Below, in pieces: positions 26,353-39,401 of a stretch of DNA of 64,000 nt (positions are counted from its first letter, which is position 1; every line of letters starts with the position of its first letter). The stretch lies in the NCBI RefSeq assembly GCF_009914755.1, contig NC_060937.1; one strand, given 5' to 3'. Under the pieces are notes generated by a model that searched no databases, was not told where the DNA came from, and saw only the letters and a list, made by a program, of their open reading frames with translations. The translations under genes were made by a program, and so were the position numbers. Origin of the DNA: the human T2T-CHM13v2.0 reference genome, Homo sapiens.

Positions 26353-27992
26353 AGATATTTGAGTTCTTTGTAGATTCTGGATATTAGCCCTTTGTCAGAT
26401 AAGTAGCTTGCAAAAATTTTTTCTCCCATTCTGTAGGTTGCCTGTTCACTCTGATGGTAGTTTCTTTTGCTGTGCAGAAGCTCTTTAGTTTAATTAGATC
26501 CCATTTGTCCATTCTGGCTTTTGTTGCCATTGCTTTTGGTGTTTTAGACATGAAGTCCTTGCCCATGCCTATGTCCCGAATGGTATTGCCTAGGTTTTCT
26601 TCCAGGGTTTTTATGGTTTTATGTCTAACATTTAAGTCTTTAATCCATCTTGAATTAATTGTTGTATAAGGTGTAAGGAAGGGATCCAGTTTCAGCTTTC
26701 TTCATATGGCTAGGTAGTTTTCCCAGCACCATGTATTAAATAGGGAATCCTTTCCTCATTTCTTGTTTTTGTCAGGTTTGTCAAAGATCAGATAATTGTA
26801 GATGTGTGGCATTATTTCTGAGGGCTCTGTTCTGTTCCATTGGTCTATATGTCTGTTTTGGTACCAGTACCATGCTGTTTTGGTTACTGTAGCCTTGTAG
26901 TACAGTTTGAAGTCAGGTAGCACGACGCCTCCAGCTTTGTTCTTTTGGCTTAGGATTGGCTCGGCAATGTGGGCTCTTTTTTGGCTCCATATGATCTTTA
27001 AAGTAGTTTTTTCCAATTCTGTGAAGAAAGTCATTGGTAGCTTGATGAGGATGGCATTGAATCTATAAATTACCTTGGGCAGTATGGCCATTTCAACGAT
27101 ATTGATTCTTCCTATCCATGAGCACAAGAAAAAATAAACAACCCCATCAACAAGTGGGCAAAGGACATGAATAGACACTTCTCAAAAGAAGACATTTATG
27201 CAGCCAAAAGACACATGAAAAAATGCTCATCATCGCTGGCCATCAGAGAAATGCAAATCAAAACCACAATGAGATACCATCTCACACCAGTTAGAATGGC
27301 GATCATTAAAAAGTCGGGAAACAACAGGTGCTGGAGAGGATGTGGAGAAATAGGAACACTTTTACACTGTTAGTGGGACTGTAAGCTAGTTCAACCCTTG
27401 TGGAAGTCACTATAGCGACTCCTCAGGGATCTAGAACTAGAAATACCATTTGACCCAGCCATCCCATTACTGTGTATGTACCCAAAGGATTATAAATCAT
27501 GTTGCTATAAAGACACATGCACACGTATGTTTATTGCTGCACTATTCACAACAGCAAAGACTTGGAACCAACCCAAATATCCAACAATGATAGACTGGAT
27601 TAAGAAAATGTGGCACATATACACCATGGAATACTATGCAGCCATAAAAAATGATGAGTTCATGTCCTTTGCAGGGACATGGATGAAGCTGGAAACCATC
27701 ATTCTCAGCAAACTATCGCAAGGACAAAAAAAACAAACACCGCATGTTCTCACTCACAGGTGGGAATTGAACAATGAGAACACTTGGACACAGGAAGGGG
27801 AACATCACACCCCGGGGCCTGTTGTGGGGTCGGGGAAGGTGGGGGGATAGCATTAGGAGATATACCTAATGTAAATGACAATGTAATGGATGCAGCACGC
27901 CAACATGGCACATGTATGTATACATATGTAACTAACCTGCACGTTATGCACATGTACCCTAAAACTTAAAGTATAATAAGAAAAAAAAGAAA
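26353..27992 (+). mobile_element. L1PA4/5-like insertion with 5' inversion (twin priming)
   Basis: ORF2 on minus 26357-27124 ([24 protein letters not shown]) then ORF2 end and 3' UTR on plus 27124-27990; TSD agaaaaatgt at 26343-26352 and 27993-28002. Confidence 0.95.
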
Positions 27993-28590
27993 AGAAAAAT
28001 GTGGAAATTTGATTTTGGAGTAACACCATTACTTGAGCATGTTTCTGTTATTTCACTTCATAGCAATAACAATACAATATTTAAAAAACATTTGGCATAT
28101 ACTTTATTTGGGAGACTTTGAGAAATTAGTAAGTTTTCCTGAGTTAGAATATTTTTAAAACAATCTGTTAGGTTTAAGCTAAATACATAATTAGACTATC
28201 GATCAATTGGAAGCTTTATTATTTCAGGAAGGAAATTATTTTGTCCTGTTACTTATATATTTGGCCCCAAAGTTTTTCCACATCTTTGTCATAGCAGCTC
28301 TCCATTTACACTAACATTTTATCTGACATTTCTAGATTTGTAGTGTAGTGGGAGAGATGGTTTCAGTAAATCTTGTTTTTCATATTTCTAAAAATAGAGG
28401 TCTTCAAATATTAATATAGTAAATTATTTCATTCCTTAAATTACAAGTGTTTTCCATTGTTATTAAGAACTCAGAATGATAAGTCAATTAACAGTTAATC
28501 ATGTTCAAGCCTCTCCAGTAATAATAAAATAAAATATATACACTTGCCTTACCTTATATGTGAAGCCTCTCCAATTTTCTCATTTGCATT

Positions 28591-28720
28591 TTGTTCATTC
28601 AACAAATATTTATTGTTTCCCTCCTATGTTGCAGACAATGTGCTATCTCTAAGGGTAACCATTAGAAATATAGTATTTACCATCCTAATGTTGACTAGAT
28701 GTCAGAGAAGACATTAATCC
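28591..28720 (-). mobile_element. L2 3' end
   Basis: ttcattcaacaaatatttattg...ctatgttgcagacaatgtgcta. Confidence 0.7.
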
Positions 28721-29082
28721 AGTCATAATGCACATGGAATATAACATTGCACTTCTGGTAGGTGCTGAAAGAAGAAACATGATGACCTAAGAGAAAAATA
28801 TAACAATTAACCTTAAAGGATTTGGATGACTGCATTTGAATTCTTAAAGTTAGCAAAACAATTTGCAACCACGCACAGCATTCTTTGCAGAAATGGATCA
28901 CGAGGAGGTCAGGCATTAACTTAAAACTTGGATCAAGTCCTTTTCTGTTAATAATCAAAACACTTCAAGTTTCTCACTAACAAATATAACATATAATATA
29001 GTGGGAGGTTACAATCATTCTGAAACCCGAAGAATGTTATCTGATTAAATATCAAATAGTAACTAATTTAGACAAATAATAT

Positions 29083-30499
29083 TTTTAACTTTTATTTTAA
29101 GTTCAGGGTACATGTGCAGGATGTGTCAGTTTTTTGCACAGATAAATGTGTGTCATGGGGGTTTGTTGTACAGGTTATGTTAATATCCAGGTATTAAGCC
29201 TAGTATCCATTAATTATTTTTCCTGATCCTCTCCCTTCTTCTACCCTCTGCCCTCTGGTAGGCTTGTGTGTGTTGTTCCCCTCCATATGTCCATGTGTTC
29301 TCATCATTTAGATCCCATTTATAAATAAGAACATGCTGTATTTGTTTCTCTCTCCCTGTATTAGTTTGTTAAGGATAATGGCCTCCAGCTCCATCCATGT
29401 CCCTGCAAAGGACAGGATCTCATTATTTTTTATGGCTGCATAGTATTCTGTGGTGTATATGTACCACATTTTCTTGATCCAGTCTATCGTTGTTGGGCAT
29501 TTAGGTTGATTCCATGTCTTTGGTTTTGTGACTCATGCTGCAATGAACATAGGGGTGCATGTGTCTTTATAATAGAATGATTTATATTTCTTGGAAATAT
29601 ACCCAGCAATAGGATTGCTGGATCAAATAGTATTTCTGTCTTCAGGTCTTTGAGGAATCACCACACTGTCTTCCACAATGGTTGAACTAATTTACATTTC
29701 CACCAACTGTGTATAAACGTTCTTTTTTCTCCGCAACTTTGCCAGCATCTGTTACTTTTTGGACATTTAATAATAACCATTCTGCCTGGTGTGAGATGGT
29801 ACCTCATCGTGGCTTTAATTTGTACTTCTCTAATGATCAGTTATGTTCAGTTTTTTTCATATGCTCGTTGGCTGCATGTAAGTCTTCTTCTGAGAAGTGT
29901 CTGCTCATGTCTTTTGTGCACTTTTTAATGGAGTTGTTTGTTATTTTCTTAAATTCATTTAAGTTTCTTATAGATGCTGGATATTAGACCTTTCTCAGAT
30001 GCATAGATTGCAATAATTTTCTCCCATTCTGTAGGTTGTCTGTTAACTCTGTTGATAGTTTCTTTAGCTATGTGGAAACTTTTTAGTTTAATTAGATTTA
30101 ATCTGTCAAAGTCAATGCACAGAAATTGCTAGGTTTCCTGTACACCAATGATACTCAAGCTGAGAGCAAAATCATGAATGAATTCCCACTCATGATTGCC
30201 ATGAAAAGAATAACATACCTAGGAATAGAGCTAATAGGGAAAGTGAAGGATCTCTACAAGGAGAACTAAAAACCCCTGATCAAACAAATCAGAGATGACA
30301 GAAACAAATGGACAAACATTCCATGCTTATGAATAGGAAGAATCAATATCATTAAAATGGCCATATGGCCCAAAGCAATTTATAGATTCAATGCTATTTT
30401 AATTAAACTACCATTGACATTCTTCAAAGAACTAGAAAAAACTATTTTAAAATTCATATGAAACCAAAAAAAGAGCCCAAATAGCCAAGGCAATCCTAG

Positions 30500-30530
<31 letters not shown>

Positions 30531-30938
30531 CAAAGCTGGAGGCATCATGCTACCTGGCTTTAAACTATACTACAGGGCTACAGTAACTGAAACAGCATGG
30601 TACTGGCACAAGAACAGACACGGAGACCAGTGGAACAGAATAGACAACCCAGAAATAAGACTGCACACCTCCAATTATCTGATCTTCAACAAACCTGACA
30701 AAAACAAGCAATGAGGAAAAGATTTCCTATTTAATAAATGTTGCTGGGATAGCTGGAGACCCTTATGCAGAAAATTAAAACAACCCCTTTCTTACACTAT
30801 ATATAAAAATCAACTTAAGATAGATTAAGTACTAAGTGTAAAACCCCAAACTGTGAAAACCACAGAAGAAAACCTAGGCAAGGTTATTCATAACATAAGC
30901 ACAGGCAAAGATTTCATGATGAAGATGTTGAAAGCAAT
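29083..30938 (-). mobile_element. L1PA13-15-like insertion with 5' inversion (twin priming)
   Basis: 3' UTR and ORF2 end on minus 29083-30109; upstream ORF2 on plus 30107-30938, ending just before the L1 position where the minus piece begins. Confidence 0.9.
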
Positions 30939-32693
30939 TAATTGAATCATTAATTAAAAATTTTTTATTCAATTTGTTTTTGATATCAGTTTGGTTATAA
31001 ATTGGGGAAAAATATATATACGTGTATGTATATATATGCATATATATTCTAAAAAATACAAAAAAATCACAATGTTTGCAGTAATAGTAATTGCTATTTA
31101 CAATAATATTCACAATCATTCCTATTATCTTTATAATTAAAAGTAACATAGTATTATCAACAAAGGACAAAAATCATATTTATATTGTGCATGTTTTTAT
31201 ATCACTTTCTGTTTTGATAGAATTGTTTCTGCTGTAGGATCATTGAACAAAACTTTTTACATTTGTTAAAGAGAAATACTGACATAAAACCGAAAGAATA
31301 GGCATTATTTTTGTATTAAAGATTTGTTATCCTGACATCCCATTCTGTGGAGCTGATTGTTGTAACATTCAAAGGTCTTAACTACTGCCTGAGTTTTTCT
31401 TTTTCTCTCTCTCTCTCGATTTTAATGTGCTTGTTCTTGATCTAAAAGAGTGAATCAACTGTTTTAACTGATCAAAGCACATATTCCTTTTAGAGCAGCT
31501 AGAACAGCACATGTCAATTATGTGTGGGCAATGGAGACAGGCTTTCTATTTCATCTGAAAGGTCTCTATGTTAATTGCAGCAGAATTTGCAAATTGCTAA
31601 AAAACCATTGTGATGAGATGGAAAGTTTTTTTGGAATTTATCTATCTCAAAAATTCATCAGAATTCTCATAATCATAGGAAAGCTCAAGTTTCCACTGTC
31701 TTTAGCCAGTAAGTACCTTCTATTTGAGAAAAAGTTTTTTTATAGAGCACTTACTGTATATGGAGTCATGCTGGTGCCTCCTATCATATAGCTTACATTG
31801 TAGGTCCTTCTGCAATTTTAGCCAAGGGCTTTGCCACAGAGCCAAGTCAAACCCTGGTCCCAGAGCCATTTATTGTAATTATCACAAGGATGTAAAAGTG
31901 AATATGGAATTATAGTATTTATGCATATTAAATGATTTTGCCTAGGTAAATACTTACTGAAATTGATTTTCCTGGAAACATGCAATTATTACTGGTATAG
32001 TTATTGCATTGAAAGCTTTTCTGAAGTAGAAGTACCTTACTAGATATGAGAAAATTCTTACTATGATAGGTCAATAGGTAGGAAAAGGAGTCTAAAAGAC
32101 TTCTGTCTCAACCATAATGCCCTATTCAAATATACCAATTGACATAAGGTTAAATACAACAGGATTGTCTTTCCACAAACCTGAAGTAATGTTTCACATC
32201 CAGCACAGGACTTTAACCTTAGTATTAGCTGTCTACTTGTTATTGGTGACACTGAACTTTTTTCAGGTGCAAGTTGTTTAATCTAAAACAAAATTCAAAT
32301 TTAAGTGTAATAATTAAGTAATGTTAAACATAATCAATTTAGAGCAGAAGACTGTTTTGTAAATTTGAAAAAGTCTTCATTATTATATACTTTCTCACAT
32401 TCTACTTAACAGCATTTGGAGGATCTCATCAAAATGAAAAGGAATAAAGCAGAATGAGGCTAAAACTCAGGGCTTTATGAACTCTGAAAATCTAATGTAT
32501 ACACATTTTTAAGGGAATATTCAAAATTTGTATGAGGCTAGCTTACTCTCGGCAAATCAGAGGTCTCATAGAGTATTTGAGAAAGAAAACTGAAATCAGG
32601 ACAATAGCAGTTGTGTAGGAACTTCTACATTGAGAGAGAACATGCTAACTAATAAGAAACGGTAAGAAGAAAATAGAAACACATGTGCAAGTA

Positions 32694-32724
<31 letters not shown>

Positions 32725-32800
32725 AAACTATGTATATATTCTATACATGCATAAATGTATATATGTATTTGTATAAATATGCATATAAATGCATATTTAA
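32694..32800 (+). repeat. (TA)n/(CA)n low-complexity tract
   Basis: atatatatatatatatatacacacacacac followed by decayed TA repeats. Confidence 0.8.
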
Positions 32801-32898
32801 CTTGGGTGTGTATTATTTCATGTAATAAAAACATTTGTTTTACTCTGGAGTTTTCAGTGTCTATAAGACTTTCTTAAATAGAAAGTAATTACAAAATT

Positions 32899-33191
<293 letters not shown>

Positions 33192-34301
33192 TAATTACAA
33201 AATTATCATTTGGTTGTTTATTATTTTATTTCTAATCTCTTTTTCATTCATTCTTCTTACATTATTGCAAAGGTTTTAAGTTAAAACTTGGTTTGCCTGT
33301 TGATATAATTTGTTATATACTTTATTGAGTTTTAACATAGACTTCAAAAATATTTACAAATATTGAAGATCATCTTTAAATTCACCCTTGAATAGATGGA
33401 CCTACTCAGACACCGGCTATTTTTTTTTAACCATGTTTACATTTATATGTTTGCCTCATGACCAGACAAAATTGATTAGTACTTTGAGTCATTCTTTGGT
33501 TCAGGAAACTTTATGTAGTATCACATCTTTTCTTAGAGTCTAAGGTCTTGGGATTCTGCTGTAATGTAGATGGTCAGGAGAACCCAGTAGGCTCCTCACA
33601 ATATCAAGAAAAATGTCTTGATCTAGAGAACAGTCACTCTGAACAAAGCAACTACAAATATCTAATGACAAAGGTTGTTTTTTGTGTCTGAGAATGGTTT
33701 ACATACTGAATTATAAGAGCTTAGCTCATAGGGGCTTAACTCATAAGGGGACAACTCACATCTCCTTGTTGATAGTATTATTTTGCAATAGCAGGAAACA
33801 TTGCTGTTAGTAAAAGGCATTGCTAATGATTCGGCTTGATAGATTGCAAGAGACTAATCTCTTGCTGCTTTCCATCACAAATTTGAATGTGCACTGGAAA
33901 TTTATCGGTTTGTTTATTTCTGTTTGAGACCATTGCGGAATCAGTAGAGTAAAATAATTTTTTTAAGCCACTTAAAATTTGTCGTGATGTATTTTGGTTG
34001 ACTCGTTTTTAGAACCCGTCTTCTCTTTCTATTACTCCAGCACTCTGGTAAAGATGAAAACAGTGTAAGTGATAACAATTTGGAAGACCTATAATATATA
34101 TTTATAGTTTTCTTAATGAAATAATGAGACTATGATTTGATACAAGGAGGGATATGCACATTTTTAAAAAAATTATGAGCTACTCTTTCAAATGGGAGGG
34201 AAATGTTACAGACTTGGTGTCAAATGATGGTAAAGGCCGTAACCACAAAATATCATAACCAAGGCTATCAACTGGCCAAAAGGACTCAAAAAACTGTTGA
34301 T

Positions 34302-34466
34302 AAAACCCTGTCTCTACAAAAGTAAACATTAAAAATATTAGCTTGGCATGGTGGCATGCACCAGTACAGTCCCAGCTACTACGAGCCTGAAATGGGAGGA
34401 TCTCTTGAACCCAGCGATTTGAGCTATAATCAATCATGCTGCTGCACTCCAGCCTGCACCACAGAG
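34302..34466 (+). mobile_element. Old Alu fragment (AluJ right arm)
   Basis: aaaccctgtctctacaaaa...gtcccagctact...gggaggatctcttgaaccc...tgcactccagcctg. Confidence 0.85.
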
Positions 34467-34946
34467 GAAAGAAATGTCAGAGATCTCTTCTTTCTTCTTA
34501 TTCACCATAGATTTACTTGACACAGTAACTATCAAAAGCTGAATTTTGTGACCTGCACTGGACAAAAAGGAATCATTTGGATTTGGCGATATAAGCACAA
34601 CTAAAGATAAATTTGATTCCTGTGGGCTTTCCTACAAGCTCATTGATGGATTTTCAGAAAGGTCCTTTTTTAGGATTTTGAAATGCTAAATTGTCCAGGA
34701 TCCTTCTTGCTACAATTAATGACATTTTGAAAGGATCTGAACATTTGTTGTACTTTCATTCATTTGATTTGTTTTATTTCTTTTTTGAATAATTTCTCTC
34801 TTGTCCTTAGGTATACCTTGCCATTCTCTCTCTTCTATTTCTGTAGGTTATTTTGCACAGCATTCAGTTATGTTTTTAGGCTTTTGGGGTCCTTACTTCC
34901 CAGGTAAGGAAACAGTTTTAAAATATTTTGAAAGTTGAGGATAAAC

Positions 34947-35233
34947 AGCTGGGTGTGGTGGCTCATGCCTGTAATACCCGCAATTTGGGAGGCCGAGGTG
35001 GGTGAATCACGAGGCCAGGAGTTCAAGACCCACCTAGCCAAGATGGTGAAACCCCATCTCTACAAAAAACAGAAAAAAATTAGTTGGGCGTGATGGTGGG
35101 TGCCTGTGATCCCAGCTTCTTGGGAGGCTGAGACAGAGAATTGCTTGAACCCGGGAGGCAAAGGTTGTAGTGAGCCAACATCGTGCCACTGCACTCCAGC
35201 CTGGTGACAGAGCAAGACTCCGTCTCAAAAAAA
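34947..35233 (+). mobile_element. AluS, full length
   Basis: gctgggtgtggtggctcatgcctgtaat...gactccgtctcaaaaaaa. Confidence 0.95.
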
Positions 35234-36106
35234 TTGAAACCAGTTTAGAACAAAGCTTTGCAATTTATTAATATTTGCCTTGCTCAATAACCCCTTAGAA
35301 TTATTTTGTGGTAAATAGTGCAATAATTAACCTTTGATTTTCAATGCTATAATGAAGACAGGAAAAATCGTATTCAGGAGATGGCACAAAACATTCCTTT
35401 GCGAAGCTATGGACATCGTGACACACTGAAAAGCTGAAGTTTTCTTTCAAAGTTAAGCTCACTGACATTATTTCTTTTTTTAAAACCTAAACATTATTTA
35501 ATCATTAAGTTTAAAAGGCCTTTAAATAGTATTTAGTCCTATCTAAATATTGAGTTAACTAAATATCTTAAAACATTGAGAAATACATCCATTAACTCAA
35601 TTCCATTTTAAGTACTTTAGTTTCTTAACTTAATAAAGCCTCCTCGATAGTAAACATTGCTTATAAATCCAACCAAATAGACTTACAAGCGCAGGAAGCA
35701 TTAAGTCCCTTCATATATTTCAATATTGAACATAAATGTTACAAGATTTCAACTTAGAATAAGTCTACATCAATTACTATATTACAAATTTCAAATTACT
35801 CAAATGCTTTCACTCCAAATAGAACAATTTAATGTACATGTTTTAAGTACATGAATTATAAAATATACACAGGTACATTTTTCAACCAAAGTTATTCATA
35901 CTTTTATTACTTTAAAAAACTTTCATATCTTTAAATTTTTCAAATATTCTGTTAATGAATATTTTACTACCAAATTTTTAAATAAATTGAATTGTTTCTC
36001 AAATTCCTTTTCAGATTATCAGTTGTTTGTGTATAGACATAAAATTTATTTTGGTACATCGATTTTTTTAACCTGAAAATTTGTTTAACATTTTTACTTC
36101 TAATAG

Positions 36107-36297
36107 TTTTTTTTTTTTTTTTTTTTTGGTTTTTTTTTTTTTGAGATGAAGTTTTTCTCTTGTTGCCTAGGCTGTAGTGCAATGGCGAGATCTCGGCTCA
36201 CTGCAACCTGCACCTTGCTGCTTCTAAGGATTCTCCTGTCTCAGCCTCCTGTAGCTGGGACTACAGGTGCCCACCACCATGCCCAGCTAATTTTTGT
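36107..36297 (-). mobile_element. Alu right arm plus tail, left arm missing
   Basis: Poly(T), then gagatgaagtt...gctaatttttgt, then an abrupt return to L1. Confidence 0.9.
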
Positions 36298-36757
36298 TCC
36301 ATTTGCTAGATTATGTTTATTAGTATTTTATTAAGATTTTATATCTATATTCATAAGGAACATTGGTCATTAGTTCTTTTTCTTTCTTTCTTTTTATTAT
36401 TTCCTTTTAGTATGAATTTTGTATCAGGGTAATAGGGGCCTCATAAAACATGTTGAGTGAGAAGTGTTCCCCACTTTTCTATTATTTGGAAGCGTTTACC
36501 ATGAAAATTTTCTTTAAATATTTGGTAGAATTCACCAGTGACTATCTGGGCCTATTTTTTTTTTCCTTTCTAGGATTTTTTTTAATCACTAGTTAATCCC
36601 TTTACTTATTATAAATCTGCTTATAATTTTGATTTTACTTGAGTCAGTTTTTTTTCTTTGTGTGGTTTGTTTGTGTATTTCTTGGGATTTTTTCATTTCA
36701 TCTAGGATGTCTGATTTTTTGGATATCTGGTTGTCCATGGTATTCTCTTTTTTTTAA

Positions 36758-37052
36758 ATTTATTTTTTATTTTTTTTTGAGACAGAGTTTTGCTTTTGTT
36801 GCCCAGGCTGGAGTGCAGTGGCATGATCTTAGCTCACTGCAACCTCCACCTCCCAGTTCAAGTTATTCTCCCACCTCAGCCTCCCAAGTAGCTGGGATTA
36901 CAAGTGCCCACCACCACGTCCAGCTAATTTTTGTGTTTTTTTTTTTTAATAGAGCCAGGGTTTCACCACATTGGCCAGGCTGGTCTCGAACTCCTGAACT
37001 CAGGTGACCCACCAGCCTCAGCCTCTCAAAGTGCTGGGATTACAGGCATGAG
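36758..37052 (-). mobile_element. AluSq/Sx-like, slightly 5'-truncated
   Basis: Both arms, ends gctgggattacaggcatgag. Confidence 0.95.
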
Positions 37053-39031
37053 AATTCTTTCTATTTGTAAGCTAAGAAGTAATGTTCCCGCTTTCATTAC
37101 TGATTCTGGTTATTTGAGTCTCTGTTCTTTTTTCTTTGTCAATCAAAATAAAATATTGACATTCTGTTCTGGCTTGATTAATTTTCATTATTGTTTATCT
37201 ATGATGTTTTTCATTTACTTCTATTTTAATTTATATTAATTTTTTCCATCTGCTTGCGTTGGCTTATGGAAAGTTTTCTCTTTTTTTTTTTTTCCAGTTT
37301 CCTAAGGTAGAAGGCTTGGTCACTGACTTAAGACCTTTATTTTTTTTGTTTAAATATGGCATTTACAGCTATAAATTTCCCTCTGAGCCCTGATTTTGCT
37401 ACATCTCATAAGTTTTTGTATGTGATGTTTTTTGTGTTTATTTATCATCAGTTAGTTTTTAATCTCCCTCATGATTCATTAATAAATTTGTGTATAAGTT
37501 GAATCTGTGATTAATATTGTTGCAGTTATAGAAAAGCCCATTTACAGTTTGATGCATACAATCACAGTATTAACACCAGTTCTCAATCATTTTATTTCAT
37601 GTTTTCTCTCATTCTCTAGCGACATTATTCTCAGAGAACAAAATAAAAAAAATTAAATTTTAAAGTGATATTCCATTTCATTAGACTCATTGATTCCTTC
37701 ATGTACAGTAGTTCTTTGACTTCAACTGTTATGATTCTTTTGTTCATCAAGATGCATATAATCATTAGAATCAAATAAAAAATCTAAAGGTAAAACACTT
37801 TAAAATAACAATAGTTATATGATTCTTTGGCCATGGGTTTTTCTGTTTATGAAAAATTGTTTAACAGAATTCAAATCGATTACATTTTTCAATCTGCATT
37901 TATTAACCTATCAAAATACTTAAATGGCATATTTCACTGAACTTTTACATTTTTTCTACATACAAGTTTTGAAATAAATAGCTTCCAGTTTCAATATTTA
38001 GATGTATCCTGTGTTTGTACCTTATAATAAGAAAAGCACTTCCAGAAATGCCTCCAGAGAAAACCTGAAAAAATTTAACCATGATCGTAGACTATAGTGT
38101 ATTATTTAAGCTTTGATTCAATTAGGCTCTCAATTTAATTTTGAATGGGTGATTGAATTCTATTCAATTATCCTATGTTTAGTAAAGTTTTACAGTTTTA
38201 TTTCTATTTGCCTTTTTTCCTGCATTATACGAATAATCCCTTAGAGAGCAAGACCTAATTAATCAGAACTTTCAAGGAGTAATGTGAAAATTTCATTAAA
38301 ATTCTGATTATTTAAAGACTAATTAGAAATTCCTTTTTGTGTCAATGCTCTGGGGGAAGAAAACAACTAAAACAGAGAACATTTTAATGACTAAGAAGAG
38401 TATAATTTATTATTTATGATAATTGTTATATTTTCTTTCCATGATCATTCAGAACATTATTTTTGTAGACTAAAAGAGTTTAAACTTTGCAAATACTAAA
38501 GCATATAATGAGTTTATTAATAATTAACAAATGCCTTTGGATTGTAATAGCAGAGGTTTTTGGTTTTTACCTTAAAATAATCTTTGAATAAATAGCCTAG
38601 TTAATTAATATTTTCACTTATGTAAATATTTAATTGGAATTTTCACCTTTTTAAATAATTGTTTTAATACCTATTATAATTTCAGGTACATAATTGTACT
38701 CAATGAAAGACAAACCTACAAACTTTAATTTTAAAATATCTGTTGATCTCCTGATATCATTTTAAATGTCTGTACATAAAAATGCCAAAAAGCATCTACT
38801 ACATTGCAATGTATCTGGAAATTTTATTGAAAGTAACTATAGAACCTCCTATGTAAATGAAAGTTAGTTATAAAATATTTGACTTCTGTTCAGATTATGC
38901 AATAGTCATCTGAGGTTTTAACGTTTTTAATTTTTATTGTATATATAATTTTTATTCACGGTATAAAATGTAAATTGCATATATGGTATTAAATACTAAC
39001 CGCTTTGACTTAAATTTCCCTTTTTGGGTAC

Positions 39032-39401
39032 TGTATTAGTCTGTCTAGTCTGTCATAAGAAAATACAATAGAGTGGGTGGTTTAAACAACAGAAATTTAC
39101 TTCTCACTGTTCTAGAGGCTGGGCAGTTCAAGACCAAGGTGCCAGCTGGGTTGGTTTCTGGTGAGGGAACTCTTCCTGGCTTATAGATGGCCTCCTTTTT
39201 CCTCTGCTCCCACATGGCGGCAAAGACAAGCTCTGGCGTCTCTTCTTATAAGGCCACAAGCCCTATTAAACTAGATCTTCTCCCATATGACTTCATTTCA
39301 CCTTTAATATCTCTTCACAGGCCCTATTTCCAAATACAGTCACATTGGTGACTAAAGTCTCAGCATATGAATGGGGCGGGGGCACAATTCAGTCCATAGC
39401 A
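39032..39401 (-). mobile_element. MLT1A0 LTR
   Basis: tgtattagtc...aaacaacagaaattta...aattcagtccatagca; near TSD ggtac/tgtac. Confidence 0.9.

Larger units (their letters stand above)
35940..37480 (-). mobile_element. Old L1M ORF2 remnant interrupted by two Alus
   Basis: ttggtagaattcaccagtga, tacagctataaatttccctctgagc and ctatattcataagg match L1M ORF2 reverse complement. Confidence 0.8.

Noticed and set aside
26384-27850. ORFs resembling a reverse-transcriptase protein C-terminus
   Set aside because: Broken L1 ORF2 pieces of a truncated, inverted insertion; not a gene
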